The notes beneath the pieces are model-generated. The model was not told the origin of the DNA, did no database searches, and was given only the letters and a program-made list of their open reading frames with translations. Shown here one piece after another: positions 39,501 through 49,414 of a DNA stretch of 64,000 bases. Source of the DNA: a virus; IMG/VR virus record IMGVR_UViG_3300020045_002218, positions 43,579 through 107,578 of that record; one strand, written 5' to 3'. Positions within the stretch are counted from its first letter, which is position 1; every line of letters starts with the position of its first letter. The position numbers and the translations under genes were made by a program.

Positions 39501-42500
39501 ATCTAATAAGAAAGCTCAACAAATAATTGAAACAGCATTAGAAACTTTACAAGGACAAGATACTTTTAAAGAATTTAAGAGTAATCCAATTATATGGACT
39601 AAAGGATTATCTAGTTTAGCTGAGACAATGAATGCTGAAGTATTTTTCATGCAGAATACTCTTGATACTTTACAAGAATTAAAAGATGCTAGGTTTGGTT
39701 CTAAAAATACTGCTACACAAGTAACCTCTACTGCTGAAAGTATCTCTCAGACTGATGAGAATGCCCTAGATTTAACGAATGTAAATCAGGAAGATACTAT
39801 TGAAGAAATCAATATGGATGATATTCCTGAGAAATCAGTAACCTCTAAAGAATCTTCATTTAATGAAGAACAAGAAAAAATTTATCAAGATTATGAAGCT
39901 GAACAAGATTCACAACAACAAGCTCAAAATGAGCCTACAAGCAACGAAATAAGTAAATCTGAAGAAGTTATTACCTCAGAAAAGAAAGCTTCTGTAACAG
40001 TATCTACAGAGCTTACAGAGGTATCTTTGGATAATGAACAGACTCAAGATTTACTTGAAGTACCTTTACCACCTGAAGATACTAAAAATTATTCAGAGTT
40101 AATTAATAGAACGTATTTCCCCTTTAGTACAGAAGAACAACTTAAAAGTATTAGAATATTTTTCTTTGCTAATGCTCTAAAAAATAAGATACCTGAAGCA
40201 AAAGCTAGATTTTTGTACTTACAAGAGTTAGCTACAAATAATAAAGATACTATTAATGAGACATTTGATTTACCTATCTGGCGTTTTGATATTATAAGAC
40301 CATATTCTTTAACTCATAAATGGAAAGATGGTAAGTTAGTATCTAAAACTAGAGCAGTAATTACTTCCTTAATAGATAACACAAAGCAATTCTTTAGTGA
40401 TTTATTTAATATTAAAAATGATAATTTATTTAACAGAATTCCTAATTTATTGGAACATATCCAACAAAATAAATTAGTAAATAATGATAGCTTAGATGCA
40501 ATAGTTAAGTTTCATACTGATTTTGTTAAAACATTTGAAGCTAATATTAACCCTGAATTACTTAAAGAAAGTTTATCTGATAATGCTGCATCATCATTAT
40601 TTGTATATGATCCTAAAAAAGGTAAAACATACCTAGAACCAAATACTTTATTTGCTATGAGTCTTGGTTCAATACAGTTTTTACAAACAGCACTATCTAC
40701 GGTTTATAATGATGATGATGCTATTAGAAGTATTGTTGGTTTAAAAGAAGGTGACAACTTACCCGCTTATGTAAGAGATTTATTAAGTGATAAAGGTTCT
40801 GTAGCTAACATAATGAAGAATCAATTAGGAGCTTCTTTATCTAAGTTGTTAGGTGTAACATATAAACCAGATACTACATTACCTCAAATCGAAGGATTTG
40901 AAGCTTCATTAGGTGCTTATGCTTTAAGAACTCTTATTGATATAAAATTACTCGAAGAAACTCAAATTGAGAAATCTACTATTAATGCTATGAAGAATCA
41001 ACTTGAAGAAGGAACTCTTCCAGGAAACCAAAAGACACAAGATATAGTAAATAAACTTTACATTGGTGCAACAACCTTTGTAAGAGTAGCTGCACAAAAG
41101 AATATTGAAACAGGAAGACCTGAAGTAAAATCTGAAATTAAAGAACTACTTGAAGCTATTAAACCAGCAAGTAAAGAATTAGATGATTTACTTAATACAA
41201 CATTTTCAGAAGCATTACCTTCAGGTAGTAAAACTTCCTTGAAGGCTTTAAAAAAATGGTTAGGTAAAACTTGGCAAGGTTCTAATGCTGAATATACAGA
41301 AGCAGAATACAAAGCAATAAAGAAGTATAACGATACTGCATATACAGCAGAAACTAAAGCTATGAATGCTGCTTTAATATTAGATGAAGAATTTATTAAA
41401 CAAGTAGCTTTAGGTGAACAGTATACTGATGTAGTTCAAAAACATTTTGAAAAGACTAGAGCAGGTAAAGAATTACAAGCAGAGAATGAGTACAAGTATT
41501 TGATGGATTCCTTTGATGTATTTAAAGAACATGGTTCACTTTACTTCTTATCTAAGTTTTGGAAACAAGGAAGAGTAGGTATGGAGAAAGGACCGCAAAA
41601 CAGTAAAATGATGAGATGGTTATTTGCTCCTAAAGGTGTTGAATATGAAGTTAACTTATCTAACAAAGAATCCTCTAAATTCTTTAAATTAGCTGTTGTA
41701 GCAGCATTTGGTACAAAGATAGATCAAATATTAGATACAGCCTTAGATAAAGAATTTGATGCCTTACTGGTCAAATATAAAGATGTCCTAGAAGACTACT
41801 CTAAAACTAAAGGATATACAGAAAATGTAACACAAGAAATGAAAGATACTCTTCTTGATGCTATATATGCTGGTAAAGAAGGATTTCATAGTTATGCTGG
41901 ATTACTTGAATTAGCCCATTACAATGAGAATAAAGATAAAGGTAAATTTACTTCTCAGTTAATGAGAGAAGATGATGGTATTACTAATGGTCCAGCAATA
42001 GGATGGTTACTCTTTAATGGTGGAGATAATAAAAGAGTATTAGATGGATTTGCTATCTTTACAGATAGTCATGAAGATACATTTACTACTCACATGGCTA
42101 AAGAAGGTAGTGCAGATAATTACAATCTTATGGGTCAAAAAGCTAAAGAGAACCAAGTAATTGTTAATAATAAATTAGAAGAGTTAAACACTTACTTAAC
42201 AGAGAATCCAACTGTAAGATCTTCTATATTTAGAATTAAATATTATGATAAAAAGAACGGAACAGACTCTTTTAATGCTTGGTTCTATAAACAAGGTTTA
42301 GGGGATATGTTTGCTACAAATTCTTATGAGTTTGGTTTATTACTTAATGTTATTGAAGAATCTAAAACTCTTATAGATACCAACGAAGGTAAGAAGAAAG
42401 CTAATTATAAAGAGAATTTACAACCTACTCTAAATGCAATTCATTCTATGGTAGGGGAGTTAAATAGATCATTTGCTAAGATGCCTTTAATGACGCTTAT

Positions 42501-45500
42501 CTTTGGTTCGGGTATTAATAAGATTGCTAGTAATATTGGATATATTGCTATTGATTCTATGTATGAAAAGATTCAAAAGGTTATTAGAAGTAAACCAAAG
42601 AACCAAGAAGAAATAGATGCACAGAGAATATTACTTAAAGAAATAGAAGATAATATTATTGAGCTTACAGGATATGATATTCCTTTACCTTTAAACGAAG
42701 ATAAAGAAGAAGATGCTTCTCTTTATTCTAATTCTGTTGCAGAAGATTACGATTCAACATTAGCTGCATATTCTATTGAAGCTCTTAAGAATTTTAAATT
42801 ACCTATTTATGTAGAAAAGAAATTAGCTAAACAAATAGCTAATGTTTATGTACCTATTATTAGAGCTTCTGTTAATGCTAACTTTCAAACATTTATTGAT
42901 AACAGAAAAGCTATAAACCAAATATATGATATAGGTAATACTGTACTTAAAACACATATAGAACATGAAGTATCTCTTGTTCTTAAAGATGGTTTAACTA
43001 AACAGAAGTTATTAGATATTTTTGAGAAAGCAGTTAAGCTAATGCCTTCAATGAAAGTACCTAATTTTGATGGTACTGAGAGAGAAATATTCTATTGGAA
43101 TAAAGATGAATCTAGTTCTACTATGCCTGAATTTAAGGTACAAGTAAAACGTAAAAAGAATAAAGAAATACTGTCTTTTTCTTATTTAGATGATAACGGT
43201 GAGGTACATACAAGTAAACCAGTAATACTTAACAGTTCAACTGATACAGGTCATGCAGTAGGTATATTACTTGAAGCTATAGGTGTAAGAACACCTATTA
43301 TGACTATTCACTATACAGATTCTTTACCTGTTAAAGAAATAATGAACAGTAACTTAATATCTACTATGGTTCATGATGCTAGAATTGGTGCAGCAAATAC
43401 TTCTGATGAAGGAAGTTATTTGATGAATAAGAAGTTGCTTGAAAGCATTAATTTACTTAATCCATTTAAACAAGCAACAGATTATTTACAACAAGTATTT
43501 GATAACTTACCTAAAGGAGATTCTAAACTATCTAGTAAATTAAAAGATGCTTTAGAGAAACCTTTAAAAGAAGCATTTAAGAATAAACAAACTGTTCCTC
43601 ATGTACAACAAGGTAAAAGAAAGGTAAGTCCTTTAGTCTATAACAAAGAAAATTCAGGTAAACAATTTAAAGATTATTTAGGCTATTTAAATGAATGGGT
43701 GAAATACCAAACAGGTGTAAAAAATGAGATAGCTAAGTCTATTAAAGCATTTGGTAACTATGGTGGTAATGCTACATTTAAACCTCAAATGGTTGAAGCT
43801 GTTAAACAAGACAATTTCAGAGAATTAGTAGCAGAAGAGTTTAAAGATGTACTAAAGAATATCTCTTTAGGTAAAGGAAATAAACCGTTAAACGATATAA
43901 CAGATAAGCTTATAAATCTATATACACAAGTAAATGTTGTAGAAACACTGCAAGAGTTTATTAATAGAATAGATACTCTTGGTTTAACTATTGAGCAATT
44001 CAAACAACATCAAACCAATATTGAGAATAAAATATTAGGTACTTCTAAACAAGAAACTAAAACTAAACCAAATAAATCTAATAAAGAAGAAGTAACTAAT
44101 TCAACAACTCAAACTAATGGGGATAAATTAGTAATATTACCTATAGGTACTTCTGGTTCAGGTAAATCTACTTGGATTAAAAGTCTTAAAGGTGAGTATG
44201 TAATTATTTCTCCTGACGAAATGAGAGTTGAATTCACAGGAAGTATGGATGATAAGTCTCAAGATAAAGAAATTTATGAAGCTGTAAAACAAAGAACTAT
44301 TAAAGCTATAAATCAAGGCAAACAGGTAATTATTGATAGTACAAATCTTCAAAGAGATAGAAGAAGAGACTTTACTAATGCTATTTTACAAGCTATTCCT
44401 GATGCTAACGTTGTTTATAAATTACTTCCCTTAAATCCAGAATTAGCTAAACAAAGAATTAAAGCTCAAATAGATAAAGGTGAAAATAGAGCAAATGTTC
44501 CAGATAGTTCAATTGATAGACATGCGGAATTATATAAGGAAATGCTTAATGATATTAAAGATGAGCCTATAAAAGAATTCAAAGAACAAACCAATGAAGA
44601 TATTCCTTTTATTTTAACTAAAGATAAAGTACAAAAATTAAAAGAATTTCTAACTAAATACATAAACCAATCGTCTACATATTCTATAAAAGAGGTTCTT
44701 ACTTTAGTAAATACTAAAGCTCCAGACTTTAAAGATATGGATATTGTAAAGTATATGTATGGACAGTTACTGTCTACATATTATTCTGATACAAAACAAA
44801 AAGAAGATTTTGAAAAAGGTAATAATACTCCAGATCAATTTTATGCACATAAAAATTATTGGAATACTAGAAAAGAATATGGACTTAGATTAGTTAAAGA
44901 CAATCAGTCTGGTAAAGTAAAATTACAGAATATTAATAAACAACTTAATGAAAATAATAAACCTCTTGGTTCAACACCTGATGCTAAAGATTTACTTACC
45001 GATATAGAAGATTTAAAGAAAGATATTACTACTGAGAATATAGTATCTGAATTTGATGCTATGCCTAAAGGTGATGATGAAACACATAACACATTCTTAA
45101 GAAATTTTGTGTCTCAAGTAATAGCTCCAGTAGTAGAAGCAACTGAATTACTTCTGTTTAGTAAAGCTACATATACCTATGGACAGTATTCTGCTGAGTT
45201 AAAGAAAGTAGCTATTAACTTAGGTCAAGCATTACAAGAACAATACTCTCCATTTAAGATGTCTGCTCAAGAAGTATTTGCCCATGAATTCTCTCATGCT
45301 GTTACTTGGACTGCATATCAAATGCCTAAGAATGGTACCCTTAAAAGAAAGATTGATAGTTTATTTTATAATGTAAGAAGAGAGTTTAATAAAGCTAAAT
45401 TAATAGATACATCTTTAGCTAATTGGGATTATGTATTTAATAATGCTGATACTATAAAAGTAGATAATGCTCCTAATTCTTTAGGAGAAGTAACAACTAC

Positions 45501-48438
45501 TTCATACGACAGAGGTATTCAAGAGTTTATTGCTTTTGGTACTACTAACAAGGAATTTAGAAATCTAATTAAAAGACTTCAACCTAAACAATTAAAAGTA
45601 AATCAAGTATATGAAGGTACTGGTTCAGATGTAATTAAAGAAGCTTCTTGGTTAGAAACAATAACTAATATTTTTAAAAAAATATTAGATTCATTTATGA
45701 GAATAGCTAAAGGTAATGATTACCTTGAACCATTAACTCAGTTTGATACTAATGTAAGGCTTATATTAGCTGCTAATATAGATAAACCTTTTATTAATAT
45801 TACTGCTATTACAGATAAAGTAGAAGCTGAAGTAGCTAAAAAGACTAATGAAGGTTTTAAAAAAGGACTTAGAATCATTGCTAAAGGTAGAAATTCTAAA
45901 GTTCAAGCTATTAGAAGTGCCGCTAAATTAGCTGATGCTGTACCTGCTATTGGAGGATTTCAAACTAATCAAGTAGTAAGACAAACTCTTAAATTAATTA
46001 CTAATCCAACAGCTAGACAATTTGCTTTAGACTTAGTTAAAGATATTGCTGATGTAAATGAAAATAGTAAACCAATAACTAATACAACTATTCAGCAGAA
46101 GACAGCAGATGCTGATAGAAATAAAGCTACAGATTCTGATGAGAATAACTGGAGTAAACGAGTTACATTAAACCATGAACAAGATATAGCTTATAATAGT
46201 GTTCTTGTTAGAGGAGATTATGAGAGTCTTAATGATGCTTACGGTAATGATGCTATTAAGCTATTAAAGGATAAATCTTTTAGAGATAAAGAGATTAAAC
46301 TTATTGAAGATCAAATATATAACTTAAAAAGTAAAGCTCTTAACTTAGCTAATCTAATGGTTCATGGTAAGAATATGTTTAATGGTATGACAGAACATAA
46401 TGCTGTACTTATTGCTAAACAAGGTAGAAGTATCTCTCAAGATAAGTATCAAAAAGAAATAGATTTAGTAACTAAACTAAGCAGACTTTATGCTATTGGT
46501 TTACAGGATGAAAACCAAGTAAACCAAATAATATCTTTATTAGAAAGTAATTTTGATGGTATGAAACAAATGCTTAAAGTTCATAAAGAACTTAAGAAAC
46601 AGCAGTTATCTGAAATAGATGCTCTTACTGTTATTGATGGTAAAACTCATACGACATTAGATCCAAACAAAACAATATTTTTAGGTACTAAAGAAGATGA
46701 AAAACATTTAGTATCTGATTGGAAAGCTAAAGTAATAGGTAGATTAGAAAGAGATCCTAATGATCCATTATCTACTGAAGGTATTTTGTATTTAGTAGAT
46801 GTTAAAATGCAAAATGATTGGGATGCTAAAGCTATGGCTACTACTGATATTACACCTGGCTCAAGTAATTTTCAGTCTGGTATAGTTAAAACCGATAGAT
46901 TTAAAGCAGAAGAAAATAGAGAGAAAGCTAAACTTAAAGAAGATGGTACTAACACTAAAAATCATATATTTACAAGAAATAATTCTAATGTATCACGAGT
47001 AGCTATTCATAATGCTCAAGGTAAAATTATTAGATATGAATATATTCTTGATAGAGAAACACAAGAAAAATATCTTAATCCAAGAATAAATGTATTAAGG
47101 GACTTAGCTGCACAAAAGAATGGTACTGCATATAGAGCTAAAGCTTATGAGTTAAATCATAAGTTAGTGGATGCTCTTTTTGATTACTGGAAGAAATTAG
47201 GACATGATGCTAGAAAGGATATGATTTGGGTTGGTTCAGATAGTAAGTATAGTGATTTATATAACACTATTCCTACGGAAACTAAAGAATATATTACTAA
47301 AATATTTGGTACTAAAAATGGATTTTATATGGCAGAAGAAGAACTGCGAGAAGTATTTGGATACAGAAAACAATCTATAACTAATTGGATTCAACCTGTA
47401 CAAGCTGATAATTTGAAAAAAACTATAGGAAACATGATCTATGAGCAAGCTAAAAGATTTGGTTTAAACCAAGCTAATATTAAAGCTATAGAAACTATGT
47501 GGATTGAAGGTATAGCAATAGCTAAAGATACTATTGTTGTTAAATCTGGTGTTGTATCAGCAGCTAATGAATCAAGTAACTTTATGACTGCTAAGTTAGC
47601 TGGTGTTCCTATTGGATTCTATTATAAAAATAAAATATCTGCTATGAAAGCAGAACAGGAATACAGAAGAAATTCTCATGCTTACTTATCTCATTTAAGT
47701 AATGCTTATGGTAATCCAGAATATATTACTAAAGAGATAGCTCAAGAAATGAGTATTCTTGAATCTGCATTATCAACTAATGAAATGAGTTATTTACATG
47801 ATGAAGGATTAGCTTCAACAGTAGCTGAAGAAGGTTCTTATAAAGATAAACATCAAACCATGTTATTTAATAAAACTGAGAGAGCTAGAAACATATTTGA
47901 TAAATTACCTAAAGTAGTTAAAGATACTCTTAAAATAGCATCAATATCTGAAGGTACTAAGATATATAAACTATTAGATGAGATAGCTCAAATGGGTGAT
48001 ATTACATCACGTCATGTATTAGTTAAATGGGAAGAAGAGAAAGCTAGACAACAAGGTAAAGAGTTTGATAAGAATAAAGCTATAGACTTATCTAAATTCT
48101 TATTTATCCAATATCACACAGTTACTAATGACTTGGTTCAATATGGTAATGATATTGGTTTGTTAATGTTTACTAAATTTGCTGTTAAGACACTCAAAGT
48201 CTTAACTTATATGGTAGGACAACACCCTGCTAGATTATTAGCACTAGGTATCTTTGAAGAGTTATTTGCTACTACAGAGTGGATATGGCATACAAGTATG
48301 AATAAGTTAGCTAATCCAATTACATCTGCTTTAGCTACTATTGATGCAAATCCAATAGTAAACTTATTAGTAACTCCTCCTGCTTATATGCCACAAGAAG
48401 TATTAGGGGCATTAAGTACACTTCCATTAGTACCATAG
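36520..48438 (+). CDS. Virion-encapsidated RNA polymerase (N4 gp50-like), multidomain
   Basis: 3972 aa, no Cys seen; motif A EDDGITNG (~41970), motif B RSFAKMPLMTLIFG (~42466), motif C VHDA (~43370), zincin HEFSH (~45283) with EFIAFG, AKD.IVVKS, Y.ND.GL.MFTKF. Confidence 0.95.
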   Translation: MSSTFRGSTFDSSSFDNNTDLVHQKKTSLLDKVFQKRTDLGFSSANLKDRSVEALDADTVRINPSVADKAFDPMVKPVDVRLKSNNFGESFNAFETSHDNEDDPEVAARLQKQRDTIDNEWTHGWFNPATNQDVYDRGNASKQVLTDKLKTVNEGKTGLDFALGEKIQLDKFGRPLGDMKFSNEDVSAIDAMNTPELNASYNTPYNFAKVNKDGGGLIDTAKDFAGTLLTKTPTVLGNIAVGTHGLASAMVNAPTQALGNIVGGDTGDSIKKFGDIASTYELQNILQNRTHYAKPLVDALPISDEAKDTLNNLKYEPNRLDATTDKLYQSDALAKSRQDSEYRSNQTQRLRDELGYKPKGVYESAMALSSDVVDSLQAFVENPRATLTHDLPANIAQLAVPIGVTGRIVDNIAMKIASKTSGGVVDGVITQVGKDAATKYISSAPVQKQLLAIGGLTEGTQAASSIVNQAEEANVSPSQYLAPAIVGGVVTGLIGTGSNKLLGATAADALVGVNRVKGSAFTKALKAFTSEGIVEEFPQSVNEQLATNIALGKENVIEGVGQAGGSGAIVGGLLGGGMHTPILLQDVLQARKTPSVEPTSVSEEKPSTIEDLTPSKVDIKAYEDSVNNITDDNRQEVINQGIKDYPVDGTLPEKIQMAVAIGKARDGFNSPEHDAIYRQINAEIQLQNFAKGMPNFNDVISDPNTSIEDIQDNLITGAVDSTSENTGSLFNDIGRTKDEDTLNILKDISIAKQKEYAESDTVNDPYVLVTTGIETKNLPKESSEVFSSITRNEYTDLNQGLTLLSSHVKSATTPEQKNTGISALTKTISKVYSDKVDITSATERSVKQALNTINGLVNNKGTITIEPSDTLEQIHNKILPTFGSTPIKGSSSNPKANAFIKATNKVLQGAQTLSKFLTQKYVNDKTTGEVHQEIIDGKGEKLSVLDHATIISGKIADTNSDEESVNRAFNRFTNWVDFHTQKAELSTALGAIPESNKKAQQIIETALETLQGQDTFKEFKSNPIIWTKGLSSLAETMNAEVFFMQNTLDTLQELKDARFGSKNTATQVTSTAESISQTDENALDLTNVNQEDTIEEINMDDIPEKSVTSKESSFNEEQEKIYQDYEAEQDSQQQAQNEPTSNEISKSEEVITSEKKASVTVSTELTEVSLDNEQTQDLLEVPLPPEDTKNYSELINRTYFPFSTEEQLKSIRIFFFANALKNKIPEAKARFLYLQELATNNKDTINETFDLPIWRFDIIRPYSLTHKWKDGKLVSKTRAVITSLIDNTKQFFSDLFNIKNDNLFNRIPNLLEHIQQNKLVNNDSLDAIVKFHTDFVKTFEANINPELLKESLSDNAASSLFVYDPKKGKTYLEPNTLFAMSLGSIQFLQTALSTVYNDDDAIRSIVGLKEGDNLPAYVRDLLSDKGSVANIMKNQLGASLSKLLGVTYKPDTTLPQIEGFEASLGAYALRTLIDIKLLEETQIEKSTINAMKNQLEEGTLPGNQKTQDIVNKLYIGATTFVRVAAQKNIETGRPEVKSEIKELLEAIKPASKELDDLLNTTFSEALPSGSKTSLKALKKWLGKTWQGSNAEYTEAEYKAIKKYNDTAYTAETKAMNAALILDEEFIKQVALGEQYTDVVQKHFEKTRAGKELQAENEYKYLMDSFDVFKEHGSLYFLSKFWKQGRVGMEKGPQNSKMMRWLFAPKGVEYEVNLSNKESSKFFKLAVVAAFGTKIDQILDTALDKEFDALLVKYKDVLEDYSKTKGYTENVTQEMKDTLLDAIYAGKEGFHSYAGLLELAHYNENKDKGKFTSQLMREDDGITNGPAIGWLLFNGGDNKRVLDGFAIFTDSHEDTFTTHMAKEGSADNYNLMGQKAKENQVIVNNKLEELNTYLTENPTVRSSIFRIKYYDKKNGTDSFNAWFYKQGLGDMFATNSYEFGLLLNVIEESKTLIDTNEGKKKANYKENLQPTLNAIHSMVGELNRSFAKMPLMTLIFGSGINKIASNIGYIAIDSMYEKIQKVIRSKPKNQEEIDAQRILLKEIEDNIIELTGYDIPLPLNEDKEEDASLYSNSVAEDYDSTLAAYSIEALKNFKLPIYVEKKLAKQIANVYVPIIRASVNANFQTFIDNRKAINQIYDIGNTVLKTHIEHEVSLVLKDGLTKQKLLDIFEKAVKLMPSMKVPNFDGTEREIFYWNKDESSSTMPEFKVQVKRKKNKEILSFSYLDDNGEVHTSKPVILNSSTDTGHAVGILLEAIGVRTPIMTIHYTDSLPVKEIMNSNLISTMVHDARIGAANTSDEGSYLMNKKLLESINLLNPFKQATDYLQQVFDNLPKGDSKLSSKLKDALEKPLKEAFKNKQTVPHVQQGKRKVSPLVYNKENSGKQFKDYLGYLNEWVKYQTGVKNEIAKSIKAFGNYGGNATFKPQMVEAVKQDNFRELVAEEFKDVLKNISLGKGNKPLNDITDKLINLYTQVNVVETLQEFINRIDTLGLTIEQFKQHQTNIENKILGTSKQETKTKPNKSNKEEVTNSTTQTNGDKLVILPIGTSGSGKSTWIKSLKGEYVIISPDEMRVEFTGSMDDKSQDKEIYEAVKQRTIKAINQGKQVIIDSTNLQRDRRRDFTNAILQAIPDANVVYKLLPLNPELAKQRIKAQIDKGENRANVPDSSIDRHAELYKEMLNDIKDEPIKEFKEQTNEDIPFILTKDKVQKLKEFLTKYINQSSTYSIKEVLTLVNTKAPDFKDMDIVKYMYGQLLSTYYSDTKQKEDFEKGNNTPDQFYAHKNYWNTRKEYGLRLVKDNQSGKVKLQNINKQLNENNKPLGSTPDAKDLLTDIEDLKKDITTENIVSEFDAMPKGDDETHNTFLRNFVSQVIAPVVEATELLLFSKATYTYGQYSAELKKVAINLGQALQEQYSPFKMSAQEVFAHEFSHAVTWTAYQMPKNGTLKRKIDSLFYNVRREFNKAKLIDTSLANWDYVFNNADTIKVDNAPNSLGEVTTTSYDRGIQEFIAFGTTNKEFRNLIKRLQPKQLKVNQVYEGTGSDVIKEASWLETITNIFKKILDSFMRIAKGNDYLEPLTQFDTNVRLILAANIDKPFINITAITDKVEAEVAKKTNEGFKKGLRIIAKGRNSKVQAIRSAAKLADAVPAIGGFQTNQVVRQTLKLITNPTARQFALDLVKDIADVNENSKPITNTTIQQKTADADRNKATDSDENNWSKRVTLNHEQDIAYNSVLVRGDYESLNDAYGNDAIKLLKDKSFRDKEIKLIEDQIYNLKSKALNLANLMVHGKNMFNGMTEHNAVLIAKQGRSISQDKYQKEIDLVTKLSRLYAIGLQDENQVNQIISLLESNFDGMKQMLKVHKELKKQQLSEIDALTVIDGKTHTTLDPNKTIFLGTKEDEKHLVSDWKAKVIGRLERDPNDPLSTEGILYLVDVKMQNDWDAKAMATTDITPGSSNFQSGIVKTDRFKAEENREKAKLKEDGTNTKNHIFTRNNSNVSRVAIHNAQGKIIRYEYILDRETQEKYLNPRINVLRDLAAQKNGTAYRAKAYELNHKLVDALFDYWKKLGHDARKDMIWVGSDSKYSDLYNTIPTETKEYITKIFGTKNGFYMAEEELREVFGYRKQSITNWIQPVQADNLKKTIGNMIYEQAKRFGLNQANIKAIETMWIEGIAIAKDTIVVKSGVVSAANESSNFMTAKLAGVPIGFYYKNKISAMKAEQEYRRNSHAYLSHLSNAYGNPEYITKEIAQEMSILESALSTNEMSYLHDEGLASTVAEEGSYKDKHQTMLFNKTERARNIFDKLPKVVKDTLKIASISEGTKIYKLLDEIAQMGDITSRHVLVKWEEEKARQQGKEFDKNKAIDLSKFLFIQYHTVTNDLVQYGNDIGLLMFTKFAVKTLKVLTYMVGQHPARLLALGIFEELFATTEWIWHTSMNKLANPITSALATIDANPIVNLLVTPPAYMPQEVLGALSTLPLVP

Positions 48439-48474
48439 AACGCACGAGAATGTGATTTTAGAGAGATAACAATT

Positions 48475-48506
48475 AAGAGTCATATTCATTAATGAATATG
48501 ACTCTT
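48475..48506. repeat. 32-bp perfect palindrome at the end of the late operon
   Basis: AAGAGTCATATTCATT|AATGAATATGACTCTT. Confidence 0.9.
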
Positions 48507-48804
48507 TAAGAGGCTTATATGAAGAAATGGACTAAAGAGTTTAAGAAGAAGAATAGTGAAAAAGATAACATACATAGACAGTTTTATATTGACTATGGGC
48601 ATAACCCTATCATAAAAGATGATGGTAAAGACCATACACCTAAATTACCTAAGAGAGTTTAAATATAATTCAAGTTTCTTTTGTAATGATAAAAATGTTT
48701 TAGATTCATTAAATCCTGCTATAAAAGCATCCTTAATGTATTGTTCTGTAAATACTTTTGGCTTATCTAAAGGTAAGAATCTATCCTTTGAATCTCTTGA
48801 TTGT

Positions 48805-49296
48805 TTACGCATTTTCTTCCTTCATAACAGTATTCACAACTATTTCTTTACCTAAAGCTGTATATTTCATTGTAAGCTCAATATATTCAATGCGTTGTTT
48901 CTGTACCTCAAACCAAGCTCCTTTAGCAAAGTAATGAGGATTGAGCTGATACATCCCTGTATCAATTCTAAATAAGATGTTTTTCTTGATCAATTGACTT
49001 ATATTATTAGCAAAAGATTGTGGTTTAATATCAAGTTCTTTAACAATAACTTTCTTGTCTCCAGCAGATATTGAAATTGTACCTGTGTAATTTACACGTT
49101 TAACAAGTTCCCAGAGTAACTCACTACAACTGTGTTGTAACTTAGCTAAGTCACTTAAATCATCAATATAGAGTTTCACAAAATTAGGCTCTCTTTCAAC
49201 TTTACTAACACTATGGGAAATTGTCTTGTATATTTCACCTGTTTCAAAGTCTACATGAGTGTCTGTTTGTTGGTAAATATTGGTTTTCAAAAGCAT
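48805..49296 (-). CDS. RepL-like replication initiator (winged HTH)
   Basis: DFETGEI, EPNFVKLY, N.IS.L.KK.IL.RI..G.YQLNP.YF.KG.W signature of plasmid/phage RepL proteins. Confidence 0.7.
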   Translation of the reverse strand: MLLKTNIYQQTDTHVDFETGEIYKTISHSVSKVEREPNFVKLYIDDLSDLAKLQHSCSELLWELVKRVNYTGTISISAGDKKVIVKELDIKPQSFANNISQLIKKNILFRIDTGMYQLNPHYFAKGAWFEVQKQRIEYIELTMKYTALGKEIVVNTVMKEENA

Positions 49297-49353
49297 ACTC
49301 CAATTAGATGTATAAACAGTATATAAATATATACTCTAATGAAAGTATAACAC

Positions 49354-49414
49354 ATAAGTTGGGAGCTTATCAAGTATAAGTTGGGAGCTTATAAGTTATA
49401 AGCCTAGGGCGTAT
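49354..49414. repeat. Iteron-like direct repeats, 22-bp period
   Basis: ATAAGTTGGGAGCTTAT at 49354 and 49376; degenerate ATAAGCCTAGGGCGTAT at 49398. Confidence 0.8.

Noticed and set aside
49354-49414. Possible mini-CRISPR array
   Set aside because: Repeats are 17 nt with 5-nt spacers and no cas genes; the 58251 nuclease is the core N4 gp42-like gene. Iterons fit better.
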